Positions 38,556-47,220 of a stretch of 64,000 nucleotides of DNA are shown here, in pieces. The notes under the pieces are model-generated. The model was not told where the DNA came from, did no database searches, and saw nothing but the letters and a program-made list of their open reading frames with translations. The stretch comes from a virus. The translations under genes were made by a program, and so were the position numbers. Location: the IMG/VR virus record IMGVR_UViG_3300028837_003734, positions 1-64,000 of that record; one strand, 5' to 3'. The first letter of the stretch is position 1. Every line of letters begins with the position of its first letter.

Positions 38556-39941
38556 TTGGGAGTTCGGCTAGACCGAAAGCAAAGACAGATATTGGAAACA
38601 ATACAGGTATACCGGAGAACATCGGTCAGATCGGGCCACGCAGCAGGAAAAGACTATATGGCAGCGGTTGCCTCTTTGTGTTTTTTATATCTTAATGTTC
38701 CCTCAAAGGTTATCAATACAGCACCGACCGATAGACAAGTTATTAATATTATGATGGCTGAGATAGGCAGGATATATAGAAATGCCCAGATAGATTTGGG
38801 GGGGGACCTATGGACTCATAAGATAACCTTCGGAGATCCAGACTGGTTTTTGTTGGGCTTTAAGACCAAAGACAAGAAGCCAGAAGACTGGACTGGTTTT
38901 CACTCTCCCAATCTTATGGTAGTGGTTACTGAGGCGAGCGGGATAGATCAGGTAACTTTTGATGCTATAGAGGGAATACTTACTGGTAATAGCAGATTAG
39001 TTTTGATATTTAATCCGAATAGGACTACCGGAGAGGCATACCAAAGTACCAGAAGTCCTCTATATAAAGGAAAGTTTAAGATAAGCTGTCTAAATTGTGT
39101 GAACGTCAGGGCTAAAAAAATATTGATCCCCGGACAGGTGGATTGGGAGTGGATTGATGAGAAGATCAGAAAGCCAGGCTGGGTAGTAGAAATTAGCGAG
39201 GGAGAAGTGAATGGAGACTCCTATGATTTTAAATGGGAAGGCAAATGGTATAGGCCTAACGATTTGTTCTTAGTTAAGGTTATGGGAGAATTCCCTCGAG
39301 CAACTGAAGACACCCTAATTCCTTTAAACTGGATAGAGATGGCCAATGATAGATGGCGAGATTTAAAAGGTAAAGGAGAAGGCGCTTTAAAGTTAGGGGT
39401 CGACGTAGCCGGCATGGGAAGGGACCTTACCGTATTCGCTTTCAGAAGGGGAAGTGTTATTGAAAGAGTGAAAGCTTACAGTAAACAGGATCATATGGTG
39501 ACCGTGGGGAGAGCAAAAAATGAATTAATAAAGAAAGAGGATATCACCTATATAGATTCAGCAGGAGAAGGGGCTGGAGTCTTTTCGAGATTAATAGAAC
39601 TAAAGGCTAACGCGGTCGGAGTTAAGGCCTCAGAATCAGCAAAGGGCATGACCGATCTAACTGAGCAGAGGACCTTTGCCAATATGAGAGCCTATCTATA
39701 TTGGGCTGTAAGAGATGCCTTAGATCCCGCATTAGATGGGGAGTTAGCTCTGCCTCCCGTAGATGAGTTGACTCAGGACTTAACCGAGGTGCATTGGAGC
39801 ACCAGAAGTAACGGAGATATCCTAATCGAAGAGAAGGATAAAATTAAAAAGAGATTAGGCCGGTCCCCGGACTACGGAGATGCGGTAGCCAACACCTTCT
39901 CGGGGAAGAAGAAGCGAAAAGAGGCGGAGGTATTCGTTTAA
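38556..39941 (+). CDS. terL: Terminase large subunit
   Basis: SGHAAGKD Walker A, VVVTEA Walker B, NP, GVDVA..G.D, SPDYGDA nuclease motifs. Confidence 0.9.
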   Translation: MGVRLDRKQRQILETIQVYRRTSVRSGHAAGKDYMAAVASLCFLYLNVPSKVINTAPTDRQVINIMMAEIGRIYRNAQIDLGGDLWTHKITFGDPDWFLLGFKTKDKKPEDWTGFHSPNLMVVVTEASGIDQVTFDAIEGILTGNSRLVLIFNPNRTTGEAYQSTRSPLYKGKFKISCLNCVNVRAKKILIPGQVDWEWIDEKIRKPGWVVEISEGEVNGDSYDFKWEGKWYRPNDLFLVKVMGEFPRATEDTLIPLNWIEMANDRWRDLKGKGEGALKLGVDVAGMGRDLTVFAFRRGSVIERVKAYSKQDHMVTVGRAKNELIKKEDITYIDSAGEGAGVFSRLIELKANAVGVKASESAKGMTDLTEQRTFANMRAYLYWAVRDALDPALDGELALPPVDELTQDLTEVHWSTRSNGDILIEEKDKIKKRLGRSPDYGDAVANTFSGKKKRKEAEVFV

Positions 39942-39968
39942 TATTTGATTAAGTGAGGCGAAAAAAAT

Positions 39969-41462
39969 ATGACCGAAGAAATAAAGAAAAAAAAGCAGGC
40001 CGCCGAGGTTCACGTTACCCTTACCAAAGGGCAACAATTTATACAGACTTCAAAAGGAGTTTATCCTTTGTCTGCTCTAAAGAAATACGAAGTCAAAAAG
40101 ACTTCCAAACAGATTAAAGAGGAAGAGCAATTTGGAATTAATGAGCTGGTTGCTCCCCCCAATTCTCCCACCAGTCTGCTTCAATTATACGATATGAATT
40201 CGACCTTTAGTGCTTGCGTAAATCAGATAGCCGAAGATGTAGCTGGACTGGGCTGGAGGCTGGAGTTAAAAGAGGGGGAAGAAGAAGATGAAGATGAGAA
40301 AAAGAAGATTAACGGACTCTTGGATAAACCCAATCCGGAAGAGTATTTAAGGCACATATTGAAAGAAATGCTTATCGATGTAGGGATAATAGGCTGGGGT
40401 GGATTCGAGATAGTGAAAAATAGAATCGAAGAAGTAGCCGAGATATGGCATATTGCTGGACATACTTTCAGGATCCATAAAAAGAAGAAGAAATTCTGCC
40501 AACAAAGAAATAATGATAAGGTCTGGTTTAAGAGGTATGGGGAAGAAAAAGATATCTCTCCAGAGACTGGAAAGGTAAGCAAACTTGGCTTAGAGGATAG
40601 AGCAAGCGAGTTAATCTATTACAAAAGATACTACCCGAGATCGGATTATTATGGAGCCCCTCCTATCCTATCAGCAGTAGGTTCTCTGGTCGGACTTATT
40701 GGGATCAGGGATTATAATTTATCTTTCTTTGAAAACTACGGGGTTCCTGCAGCCTTAATCACCCTCACCGGAAAATGGAAAGATGGTTCAGCGAAAAAAA
40801 TTAAGAATTTCTTGGATACCGAGATTAGGGGATCCGAAAATATGCATAGGACTATGGTCTTCCAGGTCCCGGATGAGAACGCTAAATTTCAATGGCAGCA
40901 ATTGTCCGTGGACATAAAAGAGGGAAGCTTCAGGCTGTATAGAGAATCCTTGCAAGAAGATATACTCATTGCCTATTCCATGCCTGGGGAACGAATTGGA
41001 GTTAGGCCAAGAGTAGGAAAATTAGGTGGGGGTAGTATGACTACGGAAGCGACTAAGATATATATAGAATCGGTAGTAGAACCCTTACAGAAGGATATGG
41101 AAGACATTATTAATGGCCCGATTATCGAGCAAGGACTGAACTGCCATAAATATGTGTTTAAACTTAATACTCTGGACATTCGAAATATTGATGCAGAAGG
41201 AGATAGATATATTAAGTATATTGAACATGCCATGATGACCCCCAACCAGGCTAGAAATAAATTAGGTCTGGGAAAGCCCTATATTGGTGGAAATAATTAC
41301 TACATGAAGAGCGGTCTGGAAGTAGTAGGTGAAGAGGAGCTGGAAAAGAGGGAAGACAAATTTATTAAGGCGATGGAAGATCTTAAAGAGGGAATTAACA
41401 GATTAACTGAAGATGATTTTCTTAAAGAAGTGGGGAAAGACGAAGGAAAGTTAGGGGACTAA
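39969..41462 (+). CDS. Portal protein (PBSX/HK97-like)
   Basis: YYGAPP, FFENYGVP, MTPNQAR; position after TerL. Confidence 0.88.
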   Translation: MTEEIKKKKQAAEVHVTLTKGQQFIQTSKGVYPLSALKKYEVKKTSKQIKEEEQFGINELVAPPNSPTSLLQLYDMNSTFSACVNQIAEDVAGLGWRLELKEGEEEDEDEKKKINGLLDKPNPEEYLRHILKEMLIDVGIIGWGGFEIVKNRIEEVAEIWHIAGHTFRIHKKKKKFCQQRNNDKVWFKRYGEEKDISPETGKVSKLGLEDRASELIYYKRYYPRSDYYGAPPILSAVGSLVGLIGIRDYNLSFFENYGVPAALITLTGKWKDGSAKKIKNFLDTEIRGSENMHRTMVFQVPDENAKFQWQQLSVDIKEGSFRLYRESLQEDILIAYSMPGERIGVRPRVGKLGGGSMTTEATKIYIESVVEPLQKDMEDIINGPIIEQGLNCHKYVFKLNTLDIRNIDAEGDRYIKYIEHAMMTPNQARNKLGLGKPYIGGNNYYMKSGLEVVGEEELEKREDKFIKAMEDLKEGINRLTEDDFLKEVGKDEGKLGD

Positions 41463-41465
41463 AAG

Positions 41466-41660
41466 ATGGTGGATATAGAAAAATTCATTAAAAAGATAGA
41501 ATTAGAAGGTTATGTAAAGGAGACCCTGGCGGAGATAGTGCAGATGTTAGATAGGAAGATTAAAGAGGATATGCCGGGAGTCAGGATAGCCATCAGAGTA
41601 GAATTGGGAATAGCAGATGGCCGGACTCCCCAGAGGAAAAATAATGAACGAAATAGTTAA
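41466..41660 (+). CDS. Hypothetical protein
   Basis: ORF track. Confidence 0.45.
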   Translation: MVDIEKFIKKIELEGYVKETLAEIVQMLDRKIKEDMPGVRIAIRVELGIADGRTPQRKNNERNS

Positions 41661-41789
41661 TAAAGCAAACTGCCGAATAATACACTATTATGGTTCGGCG
41701 TCTTTTACCAATGGTTCTTACTTTTTATACGGATATGAGGAAGGTAAAGACTTGACTGGAAATGTTGTAGTAAAGGAGCTAAGGGAAGT

Positions 41790-43355
41790 ATGCCGTTAAC
41801 CAGTGAAACTGCAGAAGAATTAGATAGACTTTTGGATATATTCTTTGAAAAGATTGGCCGCAAAGAAAGGATGAGGAAGCAGATACTTAAATTGATGGAT
41901 GAGTGTGAGGCCTATCTCTATCCTAAGATCCGGGATTGTATGCAACTATCTCGGAAACAGATTATCAGGGATATCAAAAATAGGATCTTAAAATTTGAAA
42001 AGAAGTCCAAGTCTCAAATAATAGTGGATTACGTGGACTGGGAGACCATAGAAAGAAGTGAAACGAGCATAATCAAACCGGCCTATCTAAATATAATGGA
42101 GAGAGCTGGCAATTTATCCCTTGCTCAGGCCAGGATCGAGGCCTCTTTTGACGTAATAAATCCCCGTTCGGTAAAGTGGGCCGAGAAATACTCCTCAGAA
42201 TTGGTCACCCTGGTAGGCAAAGAGACAAAAAAGGGATTACGAGAAATAGTGACTCAAGGGGTAAAAGAAGGAAAGACTCTTAAAGGGATAGCAAAAGATA
42301 TTGAGAAGATGGGCATTGGACTTAATGGAAGGCAGACTAAGGCTTTGTATAAATATAGGGATTTGATGGAAACCCAGAAATTGCCTTCAAAAGTAATTAA
42401 GGATAAGTTTGACAAATACTACAATAGGCTACTAAGGGAACGTAGCGAAATGATATCCAGGACAGAAGTTAACCGGAGTGTAAATGAAGGATATTTGGAT
42501 TCACTGGAGGGAACTCGGTATGAAGAAGTAGAGATATCTTCAGCCGGAGATGCCTGTCACCTATGTTTAGATATGGCCGGGATAAGGTATAAAAGAGCTG
42601 AGGCAAGAGGGCGCTTGCCCGCTCATCCTGATTGTCGATGTCATTGGATTGTAGTAATTCCCAGAGCAAAGAAACCAAAAGTCCCCAAGAAACCCAAAAA
42701 ACCGGCACTTGAGATTCCGGGTTTTTCACCTGCCCGGACTTTTAAAGAAGCGGAAAGATATGGGGAAAACTTAGTTAAACCCGAAGGGAATATATCTGGG
42801 GCTAACTTTGGTAGGATGAGCTTGGATAATGCTAATATGGTTAATGAACGGCTAACCGGTTTAATAAACGATTATAAAATTAAACCTGATTTTATCGGGA
42901 GTTCTCAGGCTGTAAGAAGGGCGATTAAAAGAGTGTATCCAGGGGTAAAGTTTTTCCCGGTTAGTGGCCATACATTTGCTGAAACAGTAACTCTACCAAA
43001 TAATGAAATAGCTATAGCTTTTAATGAGAAATATTTTAAAAAGGGTGGGGAGGTTCTGTTAAAACAACAATTAGAAAATTGTTTTGCTAGCGGCTTCCAT
43101 AAATTAAAGAATATAGAGCATATAGTTGACCATGAATATGCTCATATTTTGGATATAGTTAAAAAGTTATCTGTAAAGTCTGATTTTGTAAAACATTATA
43201 CCTTCTTAAAAGACAGGTCTTTGGTAAAAATGGCGATAAGTGGGTATGCTGAGGCCGATGGTTTAACCGAAAGTTGGGCTGAAATATTCGCTCTTTATAG
43301 GGCGGATAAACTGCCACCTTTAAGAAAAACATTAGTTGAGGAGTTATTAAAATGA
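41790..43355 (+). CDS. MuF/SPP1 gp7-like head morphogenesis protein with C-terminal HExxH (zincin-like) extension
   Basis: ISRTE, C..C, PAHPDCRC; Pro/Lys linker; HEYAH..SGYA..ESWAE. Confidence 0.8.
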   Translation: MPLTSETAEELDRLLDIFFEKIGRKERMRKQILKLMDECEAYLYPKIRDCMQLSRKQIIRDIKNRILKFEKKSKSQIIVDYVDWETIERSETSIIKPAYLNIMERAGNLSLAQARIEASFDVINPRSVKWAEKYSSELVTLVGKETKKGLREIVTQGVKEGKTLKGIAKDIEKMGIGLNGRQTKALYKYRDLMETQKLPSKVIKDKFDKYYNRLLRERSEMISRTEVNRSVNEGYLDSLEGTRYEEVEISSAGDACHLCLDMAGIRYKRAEARGRLPAHPDCRCHWIVVIPRAKKPKVPKKPKKPALEIPGFSPARTFKEAERYGENLVKPEGNISGANFGRMSLDNANMVNERLTGLINDYKIKPDFIGSSQAVRRAIKRVYPGVKFFPVSGHTFAETVTLPNNEIAIAFNEKYFKKGGEVLLKQQLENCFASGFHKLKNIEHIVDHEYAHILDIVKKLSVKSDFVKHYTFLKDRSLVKMAISGYAEADGLTESWAEIFALYRADKLPPLRKTLVEELLK

Positions 43356-43531
43356 ACGAGATAATTTGCGCAAGATGTATTCATTTTATTAAATCTGAAA
43401 AGAAATTTAATAAATGTAAAGCGTTTCCCGAATTGCCTGGAATCCCCTGGGAAGTTGTATCGGGGGAAAACGACCATAGTCGTAAAATAAAAGGCCAGAC
43501 AGGCGATTATGTGTTTAAAGAAAAAAGATAG
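43352..43531 (+). CDS. 59-aa Cys/His protein (CARC..CKAFP..IP..DH) coupled to the MuF gene
   Basis: ATGA overlap with the MuF stop; below ORF-track cutoff. Confidence 0.6.
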   Translation: MNEIICARCIHFIKSEKKFNKCKAFPELPGIPWEVVSGENDHSRKIKGQTGDYVFKEKR

Positions 43532-43593
43532 ACTTTAAGATTAAAAAATTAACTGATATACCAGATTTGGTATGTTAGTTATTAGATAAGTAG

Positions 43594-46488
43594 GTGATAC
43601 TATTGAAATTAGAAGATATAACGAAATCGAACTTAAAAAAAGTTACTGATTTAGGGTTATATGAATTGAGATTAAGGTTTGAAGGAGTACATCATAGTCT
43701 TCATCACAGATATCTGAAATTTGAAAAAAAGGAGCCTTTAATTCAAATAAATTGGGATAATTTCTTCAAGAGATATAAGTGGCTAGCGGAAGAACTTGCG
43801 ACCAGAAGACTGATATACAGTCGGAAATCTATCGATTTAGATTTAGAAAAAAGCGAAAAAAAATTTGATATAGAAATATTAGGAACTTATGCCCAACTTA
43901 ATTCCCCTCTCGGCAAACACTTTTCTCTGCTTATCCGTCACAAGGATAAAAGGATTCTTATCGACCCGGCAGTACATAAGAAAGATATAAAAGAGGACTT
44001 GGATCTTATAGTTGTGACTCAAGCCGATAAGGATCACTGGGAATATCTTAATGAATACAAAGGTATCTCGGTCTATACGGTAGGAGCAATATTCGACCGG
44101 CTACCCAAGAGCGAGGATACGCATTTATTCCTTAAACTGCTAAAGATTGACGGGTTAGAGATTATCCCGATCAAGACTACTCCGGCAGTCGGAACACCCT
44201 CCATGGGTTTAAGATTAGGCCTAGGAAAGAAGAAAATATCGATCTTACCCGAATTCTTAGAATTAGGGAGGGCGCAGAAGGACCTGATACGAGGGACTGT
44301 CTGGATTTGTGGAGTGGGAGATTATGAGACAGATCCGGAGAAAGAGGAAAAGAAACTTTCCTTTCTCTCTCTCCTGCGATTGGCAGAGGAATTGAAACCG
44401 AAGGCAATATATCTTACTAATTTAAGAAAGGATATTTTAAGACAAAAAGAGAAAGTTAATACCGGACTTAGGTTATGGAATGGTAAAATTTTATATGATG
44501 GTGATATCTTGGAAGAGAAGGATTTTGAGAAGAGAGAAAAATGGGGCTTGAACAAGCCGGCCTATCGAATATTTACTTTCGAGGATCTTAAGAATACTCC
44601 CCATTTCCAGGAAGGAAAAGCAGTTGTAGAAGCCAAGTTTGATGGGATGAGAACGAAAATTATAAAGAAAGGCAAAGATATAATTATAATGAGTGATCCC
44701 GAAGATATTAAAGGCTCTCCTATCAAGACTGAGAGATTACCCTGGCAGGTAGAAGAGCTTGAGAAGATGAAGGGAGATTTTGTAGGTGATGCAGAAGTTA
44801 TAATGATAGATAAGGAAAAGAATGAATGCTTACATAGAACCGCTACTAATTCTCTCTTAAACGGGAAATTTGACCCGACTGAAGCTAGTAAGAAAGCTCA
44901 TATTTACATTTTTGATATTGTGGAATATGAGGAAAAAGATATTAAAGACTGGCCCCTTAAAGAACGAAAAGAGCTACTTAGCAAATTCAAGGATTCTGAG
45001 CACATTCATTTTCTCACAAGTTCAACCAATTTACAGAAAGATGCCTTATCTTATATTATGAATTTAGAGGATCTCAAGCAGATCGAAAAGGCTAAAGATA
45101 AAATAATGGGCTATGCTCATAAAGGCGGTCCTTATCCCAAATATATTGCCGAGGGGGTAATGGTTAAATTACTCAATACCCCTTACGAAGTGCCTCAAGA
45201 CCATGGTGCTTGCAAATGGAAAGAAAAGTATGAGATTGATTGCCTGGTAGTAGGCAAAGAGGAAATTATCAGGGAAGGAAAGAAGACCGGGAATTGGAAT
45301 TATGAATTAGTTGTAGGACCCATCGATGAAGAGTGGGCAGAGGCCATAGGCAGAAAAGACAAGAAGGCAGTAACAGAATTTAAAGGAAAGTTTTATAACC
45401 ATATAGGAAAGTCAGATAATACGAAACAGGATGTGGCGATAGGCTCGATACTAAGGGTGGCCAGCGAAGATGTTAATAGTTACGAGACCGACGTTCCTAA
45501 ATATCCCTATTATAAAGCTTATGTGAGCGTGGTATTACAACCGGTTCCGGAAAAGAATGTACCTGATAAGATATTTGTATTGGAAAGACTCTCCGGATTC
45601 ACTCCGCGGAGAGAGGCCCTTGTAGAGAAAGGAATTAAAGATGATGTCAAAATTAGCATAGACGAGGGGAAGATCCCAAAAGAAATATATAAAACACATG
45701 CCAAGGAAAATGAACCACTTCCTAAGGAATTTTATAATGATTACCGGGAGGGGGAGGCCTTTATGCAGACCCACATCCGGGGATTGGAGCCGGAGGAAGT
45801 AGAGAAATACAAAAAGGGGAAGATAACCTTAGCCAAGCTTTTCGAGGGTCATTCGATACATCTTGATGATAGGATGAGCTTCTCCGGATTGAAAAGGCTG
45901 GTGCAATGGGTAATTACCGATAATAATGTAGAAAGTTATTTACGGATGTTGAAAGGTGAATTAGTAGAGACGGCAAGTGGAGTGAAGAATGTGGCAAAAT
46001 CCTTTGCCTTAGTAAAGCCCAGTGCCGAAGAACCGGGAATGGTTAAGAAAATAGAGGGGATAAAAGAACCGAGCATAAGCAAGAAGGGAGCAAAGATACT
46101 TGCTGATTTACAGATAGTGAAGGGTTCGTATTTTATCTCTCCGGGAGAAGTAGGGGCTACTGCATACAAATATGCCTGGATGGGCCTTATCTGGCGAGGG
46201 AAAGTTAAGAGCGGAATCGGAAGGAAAGATTATCATGAGTATTTTTATTATCCTGATGAAAAATTGCCAGAAAAGAATAAAGAATTAGTAAAAGGAAGAT
46301 ATGTTGTTAAGGCTTTTAAGAGGCCGAAAGGAGCAGGTAATTACTGGCAGATTTGGAAAGCTACAGAAGGATTCCCAGCAGATCCTATCGAGCATAAGGA
46401 TTCGGGATATTATATCCTCGTACCTGCTGGGGAGCTTAAAGCGATTGGCCGGGAGCACTATGAATATGGGAGGAAAGAACCAGAGTGA
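43594..46488 (+). CDS. Multidomain protein: degenerate metallo-beta-lactamase fold + ATP-dependent DNA ligase + LigD phosphoesterase-like tail
   Basis: LIDP..TQADKDH; EAKFDG.R, DAE, IFDI, EGVMVK, KWK ligase motifs; QTH.RG..HLDDR. Confidence 0.75.
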   Translation: MILLKLEDITKSNLKKVTDLGLYELRLRFEGVHHSLHHRYLKFEKKEPLIQINWDNFFKRYKWLAEELATRRLIYSRKSIDLDLEKSEKKFDIEILGTYAQLNSPLGKHFSLLIRHKDKRILIDPAVHKKDIKEDLDLIVVTQADKDHWEYLNEYKGISVYTVGAIFDRLPKSEDTHLFLKLLKIDGLEIIPIKTTPAVGTPSMGLRLGLGKKKISILPEFLELGRAQKDLIRGTVWICGVGDYETDPEKEEKKLSFLSLLRLAEELKPKAIYLTNLRKDILRQKEKVNTGLRLWNGKILYDGDILEEKDFEKREKWGLNKPAYRIFTFEDLKNTPHFQEGKAVVEAKFDGMRTKIIKKGKDIIIMSDPEDIKGSPIKTERLPWQVEELEKMKGDFVGDAEVIMIDKEKNECLHRTATNSLLNGKFDPTEASKKAHIYIFDIVEYEEKDIKDWPLKERKELLSKFKDSEHIHFLTSSTNLQKDALSYIMNLEDLKQIEKAKDKIMGYAHKGGPYPKYIAEGVMVKLLNTPYEVPQDHGACKWKEKYEIDCLVVGKEEIIREGKKTGNWNYELVVGPIDEEWAEAIGRKDKKAVTEFKGKFYNHIGKSDNTKQDVAIGSILRVASEDVNSYETDVPKYPYYKAYVSVVLQPVPEKNVPDKIFVLERLSGFTPRREALVEKGIKDDVKISIDEGKIPKEIYKTHAKENEPLPKEFYNDYREGEAFMQTHIRGLEPEEVEKYKKGKITLAKLFEGHSIHLDDRMSFSGLKRLVQWVITDNNVESYLRMLKGELVETASGVKNVAKSFALVKPSAEEPGMVKKIEGIKEPSISKKGAKILADLQIVKGSYFISPGEVGATAYKYAWMGLIWRGKVKSGIGRKDYHEYFYYPDEKLPEKNKELVKGRYVVKAFKRPKGAGNYWQIWKATEGFPADPIEHKDSGYYILVPAGELKAIGREHYEYGRKEPE

Positions 46489-46503
46489 AGGAGGAAATAT
46501 TCG

Positions 46504-46692
46504 GTGGCTCGTTTTGATTGGATGGAGAAGATAAAGAGGAAAGAAGACAAAATCACAATAGATCAAGCAATAGAATGGTTAGAGAGTCAGCCTAGAATAG
46601 GACGTAATGTGAATAATTGTTATATTGAGCCTGAGGATGATGCATTGGATAAAATTATTGATTTACTCAAGCGTTTGAGAAAAGGAAAATAA
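46504..46692 (+). CDS. Hypothetical protein
   Basis: aggagg RBS, GTG start. Confidence 0.5.
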   Translation: MARFDWMEKIKRKEDKITIDQAIEWLESQPRIGRNVNNCYIEPEDDALDKIIDLLKRLRKGK

Positions 46693-46698
46693 TTAATA

Positions 46699-46801
46699 GC
46701 TTGCCTAGCGTTTTGGACGTAGGGGATAGGTCTGTTCCACGATATCTAAGATATGGAGGCTGATCACCACCGATATAGGTTCGAATCCTATCAAGACAAG
46801 C
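46699..46801 (+). ncRNA. tRNA-like element (T-arm present, no clear cloverleaf)
   Basis: ATAGG-TTCGAAT-CCTAT T-arm at 46775-46791; gcttg/caagc end pairing. Confidence 0.35.
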
Positions 46802-46855
46802 GTCTTAATAATCAGTAGGCAGATAGACAGATAGAAAGAAAGGAGACAGATAGAT

Positions 46856-47164
46856 ATGATATTGAAATTTAGAATGATGACTCATGGAAAACCGGCTGCT
46901 TGGAGAATAATTGATAAGGTTAGAAGGGTGGATTGGGAATATGTAGATGCAACAGACGTTTTAAAGAAAAGAGCCGAGAAAGCGGGAATTGTGTTTATAT
47001 GTTTACGTAAGGAAGACCCTGATGCGCCAGGAAGTAAGCGAGTGGCCGAGGTGCGGATTATGTTTGAAAGTGGAAATCAAGATATGTTTTATACTGATGA
47101 AATGGTGTTTATTTTAAACGATGAAGGAAAGACTTGCGATACTATTAATAGCCCAGTTCATTAA
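46856..47164 (+). CDS. Hypothetical protein (..FILNDEGKT..)
   Basis: aaggag RBS; flanked by an inverted repeat. Confidence 0.65.
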   Translation: MILKFRMMTHGKPAAWRIIDKVRRVDWEYVDATDVLKKRAEKAGIVFICLRKEDPDAPGSKRVAEVRIMFESGNQDMFYTDEMVFILNDEGKTCDTINSPVH

Positions 47165-47220
47165 ATAAATCTTACTGCCTACTGGTTGTTCATTTTAAGG
47201 AAAGAGATGAGGTGATTTAA

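Noticed and set aside
46699-46801. Canonical tRNA gene
   Set aside because: T-arm only; could not build D and anticodon arms or find CCA.
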